DNA of 57,068 nucleotides from a virus (Duplodnaviria; Caudoviricetes): IMG/VR virus record IMGVR_UViG_3300044796_000031, positions 1 to 57,068 of that record; one strand, 5' to 3'. Shown piece by piece: positions 25,801 to 34,396 of this stretch (position 1 is its first letter; each line of letters starts with the position of its first letter). The notes under the pieces were generated by a model. It saw only the letters and a program-made list of their open reading frames with translations, ran no database searches and was not told where the DNA came from. The position numbers and the translations under genes were made by a program.

Positions 25801-27886
25801 CTTGCTGTGCTTTCTTGGCCTGAAGTGGTTGCTCCATCTTGCGTTCAGCTAATGCTTTCTCAGTAATCTTCTCAGCGCCGGGAATGACCGTTTGCTGTCC
25901 TTGTGGTGCTTGCTCTATTTTCGCTTCAACTGCTGGCTTCTTCGTATTCTCGTTCTTTAGCCAATCCTTGAATCCATCAACATTTGTTGCCGTAACATTG
26001 CCGATTCGTTGCTCACCGCGACCATCAGAAAATGCATTTTTATAGGCATCCACGGCTTGCTCTTGCGTATCATAACCAAGCATCGCCTTGTGCTCATCGA
26101 ATTTTCCCGTATGCGCGTGGTTTTGATCTATGATAAATACTTTTTCGCTCTCTGGATTTGACCCTACATAAGCATCTACATGTTCCCCATCGGCACCTTC
26201 AGTTCCTTTGATGTAGCCGTAATGGTCGGGCATTTGGACTTCCCATGGCTTGCCACTTGCATCTACTCCGCTTCGAGTAGATCCACGTGGATTCTCTATG
26301 GAAATATCTAGCCCATGAATATTTACATGGCCTTTTTTATAGTTCCCAGCCTCTATTTGTGCGGGCGATGGGCTAGGATTAACATCTGATGCGGCCTTAT
26401 CAACCTCACTAGGCTCATACTGATCTACCGGCGCACCCTCAGTAACATGCGCAGGTGGTTCTTCAAGTGGTGACGATTTTACACCATTTAGCTCATCCGC
26501 ATGGGCTTGCGCTTCTTCCTGACGGTCGAACCCGCCGATTTCTTTTCCGCCAGGTTTACTGACGATATAGCTATCCGTATCGAAGTCATATTGCGGCACA
26601 TAGCTATCCAGATCAGTGGAAGCCGATTCATCGGGGCTATCCATCTTAATCGAATTTATATCAACGGGAGCCACTTCTGGTGCTTCTGTTGTAGATTCAA
26701 TGGGTATGTCTGGTCGCATAGTGGGTGCCGGTTCGGCAATGGCGGGAACTTCTGCAGGCTTAATACCCTCAATTTCAGGCTTGCCGTGCGGCATTCCACC
26801 CACACCAGCAATTGATAACCCAGCATTCAGTAAATCAAGATTGCCTTGCCCCACCCCGCCTGCACCGGCAGTTTTTTCTGCACCCTCGAATGCATCGGAT
26901 GCTGGTGCTAACCACCCAAACGCTGCGGAACTATATGGGCCTACTGGAGACTGCTGTATCTGTTCCGCTAAAATGCGCTTTTGGTCATCTGCTGTAAGCG
27001 GCTTGCCGCTAGCCTTCAATTGGTCTGCGATAGGATAGGACGACGTGAATCCTTGTTTCTGTAATACCGCACGATCTTCATCGGAAACAAACGGCGCAAT
27101 CAAACGACCGGCAAGACCTTTACCGCCCTCGATAGATGCCTTGGCAATCGATTCTGGAACACCTAAAACTTTCTCACCAGCAGATTCCAATGGGTTTGGA
27201 TTGTTCACTATACCTTGAATAGCTTGGTTCCCAAGATAATTTGCAGCATTACTATAATCAAAACTCTTAGCTAAATTATAAGCATCATTGATAAAGCCAC
27301 CAGTAGGGGTAGCTAAAGCACCTAATGCGATTTTATCAGAAGTCGTTGGATCAAGTTTGATAGAATCCATATCTACTGGAGTATAGCCTTCTGGCGTATC
27401 CATTTTGATGTTATTTATATCTACTGGAACAAAACCAGCAGGAGTTCCAGTATCAGCATATGCCTCAGAAACAGGATTCAATCTGTCAAGAACGTCCCCG
27501 ACATACGATGAAACACTTTTACCATTACCGTCACTATGATCTTTTTTCCATGGCGTGGGGCTATCTAGCGGCGCAATATTGCCGTGGCCAGAGAAATATC
27601 CAACAGCAATACGCGCAGGATCACCATTAGCCTTTTTTGCTAAGTCATCAATAATCCGCTTATGGACAGCGCGGTTATCGTCAGGATTATTGATGTCCTC
27701 ACCCGGTAGTGCATATTGCGCAAACGTCTCTGGGATAATCTGACCGGGACCAACTGCATTATCCGTGCTAGTTTCGACATCTGAATTATCACCAGATTCC
27801 TGCCCTAAAATAGCACGAGAAATAGCCCCATTATCATTAGGCATATCAAGTTTTATAGAATCAATATCAATGGGTACTAGAGCCAT
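22811..27886 (-). CDS. Large ejection/polyvalent protein (1691 aa) with N-terminal lytic transglycosylase and inorganic-pyrophosphatase-like domain
   Basis: ILGQESG..AVGPGQIIPETF..YFSG (SLT-like); AGNYKKGH..IENPRGSTR..YGYIKGTEGADGEHVD (InPase-type). Confidence 0.8.
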   Translation of the reverse strand: MALVPIDIDSIKLDMPNDNGAISRAILGQESGDNSDVETSTDNAVGPGQIIPETFAQYALPGEDINNPDDNRAVHKRIIDDLAKKANGDPARIAVGYFSGHGNIAPLDSPTPWKKDHSDGNGKSVSSYVGDVLDRLNPVSEAYADTGTPAGFVPVDINNIKMDTPEGYTPVDMDSIKLDPTTSDKIALGALATPTGGFINDAYNLAKSFDYSNAANYLGNQAIQGIVNNPNPLESAGEKVLGVPESIAKASIEGGKGLAGRLIAPFVSDEDRAVLQKQGFTSSYPIADQLKASGKPLTADDQKRILAEQIQQSPVGPYSSAAFGWLAPASDAFEGAEKTAGAGGVGQGNLDLLNAGLSIAGVGGMPHGKPEIEGIKPAEVPAIAEPAPTMRPDIPIESTTEAPEVAPVDINSIKMDSPDESASTDLDSYVPQYDFDTDSYIVSKPGGKEIGGFDRQEEAQAHADELNGVKSSPLEEPPAHVTEGAPVDQYEPSEVDKAASDVNPSPSPAQIEAGNYKKGHVNIHGLDISIENPRGSTRSGVDASGKPWEVQMPDHYGYIKGTEGADGEHVDAYVGSNPESEKVFIIDQNHAHTGKFDEHKAMLGYDTQEQAVDAYKNAFSDGRGEQRIGNVTATNVDGFKDWLKNENTKKPAVEAKIEQAPQGQQTVIPGAEKITEKALAERKMEQPLQAKKAQQAPDEGLFDTGAQRQTDLLDVKPKTEPAMTEHKVELVEPKLPARRSFEQLPEAGKHPIVKQINKVRKFISDLSDKDYLSLSKMYGDSTGGTKFPHAVSVTNEPLKLLKIWKDSLSKQEQKPLTNQTVKPSEIGKPTSLYTFIRNNGKIRPDIHDAGDLLSQGHKDLISQNGKPVDTMRELAEQHGYIKEGMSVPDFHDLINDTNGGREHFRDVDADKILNKREKSAEQQANDPAYVEHVAHTMNIETKGKTLTQIKKLINDALGEDSLMQRVLSDEGGAAPVSVHKDIRDIIAPTMAGEGAKKTAGAIRRAYGEASRRKAIDETELTKFAKQSSKLDDTGQRDFYKYVEGRSQGAKLKDPSLQGMADGIRKVYDRTKAKLQSMPENRQMRFVQDYFTHMWDDEAAAAKFTSDFIAQQGSLRSLKKRMIPTIEEGLAAGLKLKEPNPVRAVSRYVGSMNNYIASVDALRSITQDLGGGYYAKGIQPDGYEPLVGHNAERIENAKVDPASGKLIPARTLQLYAPSDVATIYNRFYSKGFEDTKAKSVYELARGAINANTMMELGLSTYHAGTITIQSLNQDFARILKNAKAGDWKGVVDAAKKFAKPAFMGGSHYKIGLKGIEQYKALKDHGVDMEAMADHFAKANLHLGQDPLSRMAHRGFYKAAQRGELPELLDKLKKQAKEGYGLGLLKSGAEVMGRVVSDVSAPLFDHYIPAIKMSSFMDLMGDWLRQNPLASKEQIQVQQSRIGNLIDDRFGELNMENIFWNKMSKQVTGLAFRAPGWDLGLIRQVGGPPLDMYRMLHDAATGKKFNPDNLDRPLYLASAAALYAATNSTMTYLKTCKTPSEQDLKDLINYRTGGTYHTLGRNVPERGVLPGHAKEVENLRPIPSKGPLSGIAEEASNKVASLPKNLFDAWMNTDWKNKPIYDPKSKSWVESTPGVAQAAYVAKGFEPFSITNIAESKPGSHLSVMERALGVKPAGAKIVARKELGEYLQKKQN

Positions 27887-30112
27887 TTATTGCTCCATTA
27901 CATGGCTACCATCAGGAAGTGCGTAAACTTTTTTCCCACCAGAAGTGCCAACCATTTTTGCACCATCAGGAATACCTTTTGATGCAGCCTTCCCTTTACC
28001 ACCGAAATAAGCAACATAATCATCAATAGTTGGCGTCTCTATTCCCGGCAATGCAGTCCCATCTTTCATCGCTTTTTGCGCTAACTGCTTCACACGGATA
28101 GCATCACGCGCAGTTTCATTGCTACTCGACTTAACTGCGTTATAAGCGTCATTCCATGTCGCATTAGGATTCGCTGCTTGGTACTGCTGAATAAGGCGCT
28201 CAGTAACGCCACTATGTCCAGCACCAGATTTCAATGCTGCAATGCGGTCTTTTTGATATTGTCCGGTTTGATCTGCGCCTTGCTGAGATATTGCTAGTTT
28301 TTTAGCATCCTGTGATGCCTCGTATTGTGCAGCCGCTTGTTTAGCCATAATCTCTTGTTGCTTCTGACGAACATCCTGTAAATTACCCAAGCCTTGTCCA
28401 AATGCAGCCGCTGTAGATCCGCCCAGCGATGGGGTAAGCATCCCACGCGCCAAAGCAAGCAATTGCTGCTGCTGCATATCTGATTGTGTAACCCCACGAT
28501 ATTGCTGTCCCGCTGGAGCCACTGCATTATGCTGAGAATCTGGCGTATCAGTATCTTCGTCATCATCCGAAGCTAAGGGATTAATACCAGATTGAGTAGT
28601 TGACTGTGCTGCCTGTTGTGCCGCAGCAATTTGAGGAACTGGAGAAAGAGGATTTTGTGGCATAGGTTCTTGGCCAGTATAGGTAGAACTATCGCCATTA
28701 AGCATCGAGTTCCAGTCACCGCTTTGTACTGAATCGTCCTCGTCATCATCCATATTCAATGGATTCGTTGGATCAATATCATCCTCGTCATCATCCATAT
28801 TCAATGGATTCGTTGGATCAATATCATCTTCGTCATCATCTCCAGCAGTTACAACACCGCCAGCAGCGTAACCCTTGATTAAGCCACCCTCTTTTTTATT
28901 CGTAAGCCCAGATGCAGCCGCCGCCAATGATCCGCCAATGCCAGAAAGAGGCGACACCGAGTAAGCAGGAGTTGTCTGCGAACCCGATGTCGTTGCAGTT
29001 GGGGCAGGAAGACCACGAATAATTTGGTTAAGATACTCAGTCTGCTGTGCAGGGTAATTGACCTGATTCTGGAAGTTTTGCATTGCAGTGTTGAGGTTCG
29101 ACTGGTCAAGCTGCTGCTGTTGCTGCCCAGCGCCCTGTAACGCAGTATTTTGTGCTAAATTGACGCCAGCATTCTGCGCGCCAAGATTGCCAAGCGTCGT
29201 CCCTGCCGATAGCTGTTGCGCACCCTGAGTCGCCGTAAGATTGCCAAGTGCAGTGCCAGCATTCTGCAGATTCGATGCTTGCTGATTCGTTGCCGTACCA
29301 GCCGCTTGTGCCTGATTGAGAAGATTGCCAATTTGCTGATTCTGTAGATTTCCAGATGTAGTTGCGCCAGTAAGCGATTGGCTCCCAAGACCAGCAAGCA
29401 AGTTAGCCTGATTCGCAGCCTGTGAGCCAGCGGTATTATATCCAGATTCTAGTGCATTTGCGACATTTGAACTTAATCCAGTCTGGAAATTACCAGCAGC
29501 TTGCCCCAATACTTGAGCATTACGCCCTGAACCGTATTGACCAGAACCAATGAACTTATCATTGACGCCCGGCATGATATTTTGGTTCCAGTTTTGATTC
29601 GCCTCGTTCTGGATGCCATTAACCACATCGTTAGTATATGGCGACATATAGGATTGGATACCTTGTGGAGTACCGGCCTGCGCAGCAGCATTTTGATAGC
29701 CCGCAGCTTGATTAAGCCATGGTTGAGCCGCAGCAGCCGAATTGTAGCCAGCAGCAGAACCAAGATACGGTGAAATAGCTTCCAATGGGTTATAGCCAGT
29801 CGAGGAGTTAATGTCGCCCGCACCTGCACCATATATATTACCAGCCGTAGCAGCCCCAGCATTAGCACTATCCATAGCAGCCGATTGACTAGCTTGGTTT
29901 GTTCCGCCAGCTCCCTCAATATTGGAAAACGCTTGAAGTTGGTCTGGCGTAAATCCGGCAACTTGTGGGCCTTGGAATTGTTGGTATGGCTGTGCTGCAA
30001 TAGTCTGTGCTTGACCTAGTAAATCCGTGACATAGCCCTGCTCCCATGCAGGAATATCCTGAACGGTAGTAGTTGTGCTAGGTTGTGCTGGTGCCGATCC
30101 GCCGCCTGACAT
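27887..30112 (-). CDS. Internal virion/ejection protein (Q/A/G/N-rich)
   Basis: MSGGG..TTTTVQDIPAW N-terminus; YMSPY..V and GQYGSGR motifs of podovirus DNA-transfer proteins. Confidence 0.7.
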   Translation of the reverse strand: MSGGGSAPAQPSTTTTVQDIPAWEQGYVTDLLGQAQTIAAQPYQQFQGPQVAGFTPDQLQAFSNIEGAGGTNQASQSAAMDSANAGAATAGNIYGAGAGDINSSTGYNPLEAISPYLGSAAGYNSAAAAQPWLNQAAGYQNAAAQAGTPQGIQSYMSPYTNDVVNGIQNEANQNWNQNIMPGVNDKFIGSGQYGSGRNAQVLGQAAGNFQTGLSSNVANALESGYNTAGSQAANQANLLAGLGSQSLTGATTSGNLQNQQIGNLLNQAQAAGTATNQQASNLQNAGTALGNLTATQGAQQLSAGTTLGNLGAQNAGVNLAQNTALQGAGQQQQQLDQSNLNTAMQNFQNQVNYPAQQTEYLNQIIRGLPAPTATTSGSQTTPAYSVSPLSGIGGSLAAAASGLTNKKEGGLIKGYAAGGVVTAGDDDEDDIDPTNPLNMDDDEDDIDPTNPLNMDDDEDDSVQSGDWNSMLNGDSSTYTGQEPMPQNPLSPVPQIAAAQQAAQSTTQSGINPLASDDDEDTDTPDSQHNAVAPAGQQYRGVTQSDMQQQQLLALARGMLTPSLGGSTAAAFGQGLGNLQDVRQKQQEIMAKQAAAQYEASQDAKKLAISQQGADQTGQYQKDRIAALKSGAGHSGVTERLIQQYQAANPNATWNDAYNAVKSSSNETARDAIRVKQLAQKAMKDGTALPGIETPTIDDYVAYFGGKGKAASKGIPDGAKMVGTSGGKKVYALPDGSHVMEQ
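28737..28840. repeat. 45-nt tandem repeat (~2.3 copies) encoding DDDEDDIDPTNPLNM
   Basis: Two identical 45-mers at 28737 and 28782, plus a partial third. Confidence 0.9.
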
Positions 30113-30113
30113 T

Positions 30114-31472
30114 TTATGCCCCTTTGACGTAGTTTAATGGGTTCTTCTTCGATTTCTTAGGGAATCCGCTACCGGATTTTTGCTTACGGACATTGCCCAT
30201 CATTTCAGTTAATTTCTTTGCCCCAGCATCGGATGATCCATCGCCTAAATGCCCAACGACATCAGCGGGAACAACAAATTCACCGGAAGAAAGCCGCGCC
30301 GGAACTGCATCATCTTGACCGCCGCTATCGCCGCCAACTTTTCCATGGCCTGTGAATACTGGGGAGTGTTTCTTAAGGTGTTGCCCAATTTGCACGCCGA
30401 CAGCATGGGCGGCTTTGAGTACGAGAGGATTAGCTTGTGGGGGAGCATTCCCCATTGCTTGAGGTGGCATAGCACCCAATGGATTCTGTGGTGGCATACC
30501 ACCTTGCGCATAGCCCTTAACCATCCCACCCTTAGCCAATAACTGAGGTTGCGCATTATACATAACGGGTTGTGGCGTTTGACCGTATTTATACCAATCA
30601 CCGGCATAAGGAGTCGCGGTATTTTGCATCGAATACTGTGGTAATTGAGCATTGAAATTTGGATTGGTTGCCATGACATCGGCTGCGTTTTGACCAATAT
30701 TCACTTTTTTGTGAGGCAATAGCGATTGCGCTCCAGAAAGAATAGACCCGCCAGCAAGGACTAGATTGAGGGGGTTTTTCTCAGCTTGTCTGCCGAGAAA
30801 GCTTGCTATTTGTGAACCGTAGGATGGGTTCGCAGCAGAACCAGCAGCAGAGCCTCCCCCTGATAGAATAGATGCAGTACCCGCATTACCAGCATCAGCC
30901 GCAGCATTGCCTATATCAGCAGCAGCACCACTGCCCAAATCAGCGCCGATACTGTCCGCCCCCGAATATAGTGGGAAAGCGGGCGCACCGTAACCATCTC
31001 CCATCATGCCCATAGCATTGGTAATCGACGCCCCAGGAGTATCAGTTACCGATGGCCCTAATTGGGACGAAAGTGAGGGCATTCCGTTACCAAGTGCGGC
31101 ATCAAATCCGCTTTGTCCAGTATTGCCTATCTGTAGAGACGGAACGCCGCCAGTTCCTTCGGAGCCAATGCCACCAAGATCACCACCAATACTGCCAAGA
31201 CTAGCACCAGCACCTTCCGCACCATCAACAGCACCAGAATCAAGCAAACCACCCCATGTACCATCGCCAGCAAGGCCGCCTCCGATACCGCTCGCAACGC
31301 CACCCATAAGCGCATCCATCAAAGGATTCTTGCTACCAGTTAATGCACCACCAAGGCCAGCACCAGCCGCACCAGCAAGCGCAGGGATCGCCAATGACAA
31401 ACCACCAGTCTCAGGGGCGAGAGCCGCACCTAAAACTGAACCGAGTGTTCCACCTATTCCGCCACCACTCAT
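30114..31472 (-). CDS. Internal virion/ejection protein with Gly-zipper N-terminus
   Basis: Hydrophobic Gly/Ala-rich N-terminus; C-terminal DDAVPARLSSGEFVVPADVV domain. Confidence 0.7.
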   Translation of the reverse strand: MSGGGIGGTLGSVLGAALAPETGGLSLAIPALAGAAGAGLGGALTGSKNPLMDALMGGVASGIGGGLAGDGTWGGLLDSGAVDGAEGAGASLGSIGGDLGGIGSEGTGGVPSLQIGNTGQSGFDAALGNGMPSLSSQLGPSVTDTPGASITNAMGMMGDGYGAPAFPLYSGADSIGADLGSGAAADIGNAAADAGNAGTASILSGGGSAAGSAANPSYGSQIASFLGRQAEKNPLNLVLAGGSILSGAQSLLPHKKVNIGQNAADVMATNPNFNAQLPQYSMQNTATPYAGDWYKYGQTPQPVMYNAQPQLLAKGGMVKGYAQGGMPPQNPLGAMPPQAMGNAPPQANPLVLKAAHAVGVQIGQHLKKHSPVFTGHGKVGGDSGGQDDAVPARLSSGEFVVPADVVGHLGDGSSDAGAKKLTEMMGNVRKQKSGSGFPKKSKKNPLNYVKGA

Positions 31473-31873
31473 ACGGATGCCCTCACTTCTCTAATTTCAC
31501 AATGTTTATGCCTAAAATATTTTGCCCGCTGGACGCCAAGGTCTTTCGTGACCATACGCAGCATTTTGTACCCATCCGAGAATGGATGTGCGACGAAATC
31601 AACTACCCAGAAATTTTCACCACTTTTCCAATCAGACGCGAGAATGCCAGTCGTCGCCATGTGTGTTTCAGCCTCATCATTTAAGAACGCAACAGTGACG
31701 AACCCGCACATGACTTCGTTGCGGTAAAACGTGATAAGTTGCTTGAGATAAAGGGGAATTTTAATACGTTTCCTGATGGTGTCTTCTGTAGCATTGATGC
31801 CTAATTCAGAAGCAAAAAACAAATCCCGGCACTGCTCAGATTCCTCTATAGTGCCTATTTGCCAACGATACAT
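31469..31873 (-). CDS. HlyC/RtxC-like toxin-activating acyltransferase homologue
   Basis: DWKSGENFWVVDFVAHPFSD matches the HlyC signature DWxSGxxxWxxDxxAPFG; similar length and spacing. Confidence 0.75.
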   Translation of the reverse strand: MYRWQIGTIEESEQCRDLFFASELGINATEDTIRKRIKIPLYLKQLITFYRNEVMCGFVTVAFLNDEAETHMATTGILASDWKSGENFWVVDFVAHPFSDGYKMLRMVTKDLGVQRAKYFRHKHCEIREVRASV

Positions 31874-31949
31874 GCGAAAAGCCCGCGCTTTCTGTTACGA
31901 AAACCCGGTGCCATTCACGATTTAAACGCGAAACTGGGGGATGCCTATA

Positions 31950-31978
31950 TTTATGGCATAGATTCCTTATAGAATCAA
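31950..31978 (-). promoter_or_regulatory. Putative promoter of the acyltransferase-ejection operon
   Basis: TTGATT-17 nt-CATAAA on - strand. Confidence 0.45.
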
Positions 31979-31981
31979 GCG

Positions 31982-32518
31982 TTAACTAAAGGCAATACCG
32001 CTGAACCCATACCACGAAGCGCCGCTCCATGTCAGGTTAAATATGTCAACTTTACCGGCGGCAGTAGAAAATGACGGCGCAATACCACCTGCCCATAAAA
32101 TCCCCGAAAGGCTATAAGTATGACCGCTGCCATCCTGAGTAACGATGAGTGTATAACTACCCGGATGCGTCGGGGCTGTCTGTGTAATCGCTACTGCCCC
32201 ACTAATAGTGATACTTTGAAGATTCCCATTATCCATATTAAGAGCAAAAGATACGCCAGAATTGCCATTAGCATGAACCGCTGATTCAATAGCGCCTCCA
32301 CTAACATATTGCCCCGCGCTATAAGTTTGTTTTGCAGAGAACGTATTGGCAGCATTCAGCAGAGGAACAGTTGCGCCGGATGTTCCTATGGCCTTTTCTG
32401 CCGCTGTGCCGGGAGTGACAAGTACATCCGTTGTTCCACTGCGCACAGCAAGTAGTGTATCGGTGGCAGCCACTAGTGCGCCACCAGAGGCTATCGCGCT
32501 AAATTTGACATTGCTCAT
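31982..32518 (-). CDS. Tail fibre-like small protein
   Basis: TLIVTQDGSG..WAGG.APS..GKVDIF C-terminal fibre-type domain. Confidence 0.7.
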   Translation of the reverse strand: MSNVKFSAIASGGALVAATDTLLAVRSGTTDVLVTPGTAAEKAIGTSGATVPLLNAANTFSAKQTYSAGQYVSGGAIESAVHANGNSGVSFALNMDNGNLQSITISGAVAITQTAPTHPGSYTLIVTQDGSGHTYSLSGILWAGGIAPSFSTAAGKVDIFNLTWSGASWYGFSGIAFS

Positions 32519-32521
32519 ATT

Positions 32522-32839
32522 CTACTCCACCACATAATTATTCAGACCATCTTCTGTTACATATACATTAAAACCACTCTCAGTAACATAACTATCACCA
32601 AGCCCAATCTGTATATTGTTCCCCGTAATATTGATTGTGACGCCGGGACCAGCTTCAAGATTTGCGGCACCCATAATACCGTTAATAGAAGTCAAACTAG
32701 CTGGTATTTGCGCTGCTATCGTAAGCGATCCGAATGCGGGTGTGATAGTTATATTATTCCCAGCGACAAGCGCAATATCACCATCAGGCAGATTAAGTAC
32801 GGCACCATATACATGGAATGTGTTTGTGTTGCTTACCAT
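32522..32839 (-). CDS. Small structural protein
   Basis: AGNNITI and AGPGVTI repeats; YVTE..YVTEDG. Confidence 0.6.
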   Translation of the reverse strand: MVSNTNTFHVYGAVLNLPDGDIALVAGNNITITPAFGSLTIAAQIPASLTSINGIMGAANLEAGPGVTINITGNNIQIGLGDSYVTESGFNVYVTEDGLNNYVVE

Positions 32840-32840
32840 A

Positions 32841-34394
32841 TCAAGGCGTTTTGTCCCCTGGCCTAAAGCTAAACATTGGCTGTCCGGTCACAAAATATCC
32901 ATCTTGAATATTGCTTGTGATTCTCCATCGTACATATCTAGCTTGGCATTGCAGCGCATAAAAATTATTTGTAGGTTTTTGAATAATGATCTCCGTATCA
33001 AGTACAGTATCATCATCCATAGAAAATTGACGGCCTATAGTCTGAATAGTAAGATTTGGCCCCATCAAAAAATCAGGTTCAAAGAAAACTAATTCAGTCC
33101 ATGAATTATCCTGTGGTTGTATAACAATACCTGAACCAATGCCACCACCGATCATAGATATATCTGGTGACTCAATAAAAGACTCAATAGCATTCACATT
33201 GGTTCCTTGAATCTCATTTACTCCAAATTCATGTTGCCAGAGTTGGTAATCATTATCTGGAAATACTGTCGCACCAAACATAATAGGATACTGCCATGAT
33301 TGGGCAAAATATGCAGCAGAACGCCCATCACTAGGAAGCGGGGTATCATACCATGTATTCTCACGCACGTTATAGATCACTGCATGATTGCATTCTGTCG
33401 CCGTACCAAGTGGGAAGCACCACCAAATCTCACCCCAGCGCGGGACTTTGAAGCCAAAAACTTTCTGACGTTGTACAAAGTTCAAATTTGAATAGAAGAA
33501 ATCTAGGTTCATCTCATTCGGCAATTCACGAAGCACGCCGTTGAATGTCAACCACCGATCAATACCGGGCCAGTAATATACTCCATCCATCTCCACAATG
33601 GCACTTGATGAAAGAATGCTGCTTTGATCGCTTAAAATCTGAAAATTCCAAACTTGGTCGCCGCCAACAAACGACATTTGTAGAACGCTGTCGATAGACC
33701 ATAATAGTGCTGATGGAGATGCGCCGCCACCACGGATGGACATCCCTTTGACTATTTTCTCCGAAGTAGGATTCGCCTGATTCGCAACAGGGAATAAGGC
33801 TGGATTATTAATGTCCGACCATGCCACAAGACCATTACTTCCATAGGCAATCACATACGGATGAATAGCTGCTATGCCCCCAGATACCTGAAATGGGTTC
33901 ATGGAATCATCTAAAGCTGCAATAAGAGGTATTGCTGAGGTAATATCCCCATAATAAACCGTAGACGGAATATCATTGCTTATATCTGTTAGATTTTGTC
34001 CGGCATGTGCAATTAAATCGGTTTCACCACCACCATTTGAATTGAAGAATGAATCCATTTGCCATACATTATTGGGACTGGCAACAAAACCCGCTGGAGT
34101 TATATCAGTTACACCGCTACCAAATCCAGCAGTTGTAAACTGACCAACAACTAATTGGTCCGACGAGCCAGAAAAAATATCTAGGTATCCAGTGCCATTT
34201 AGATTTACAAATAATCCGCGTGAAGGACCGGGATAGGCTTCAGTCATTGAACGATAACCGGGTATGGAGCGTGGAAGACCTTGGTAGAATCTAGTCCATT
34301 TCCCATCTTGCCAATTATTACCTTGAGTTTGCGTGCCATCCTTTTTAATGCCGGGATCTGCGCGCAATGGATATAATTTGTATGATTCTGACAC
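32841..34394 (-). CDS. Tail nozzle/stabilisation protein (P22 gp10/tubular B-like)
   Basis: PGIKKDGT N-terminus; EIWWCFP..ECNHAVIYN; beta-rich; position. Confidence 0.7.
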   Translation of the reverse strand: MSESYKLYPLRADPGIKKDGTQTQGNNWQDGKWTRFYQGLPRSIPGYRSMTEAYPGPSRGLFVNLNGTGYLDIFSGSSDQLVVGQFTTAGFGSGVTDITPAGFVASPNNVWQMDSFFNSNGGGETDLIAHAGQNLTDISNDIPSTVYYGDITSAIPLIAALDDSMNPFQVSGGIAAIHPYVIAYGSNGLVAWSDINNPALFPVANQANPTSEKIVKGMSIRGGGASPSALLWSIDSVLQMSFVGGDQVWNFQILSDQSSILSSSAIVEMDGVYYWPGIDRWLTFNGVLRELPNEMNLDFFYSNLNFVQRQKVFGFKVPRWGEIWWCFPLGTATECNHAVIYNVRENTWYDTPLPSDGRSAAYFAQSWQYPIMFGATVFPDNDYQLWQHEFGVNEIQGTNVNAIESFIESPDISMIGGGIGSGIVIQPQDNSWTELVFFEPDFLMGPNLTIQTIGRQFSMDDDTVLDTEIIIQKPTNNFYALQCQARYVRWRITSNIQDGYFVTGQPMFSFRPGDKTP

Positions 34395-34396
34395 AA

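Noticed and set aside
31469-31873. Acyltransferase as part of an RTX toxin locus
   Set aside because: No GGxGxDxL repeat toxin or T1SS genes in the genome.
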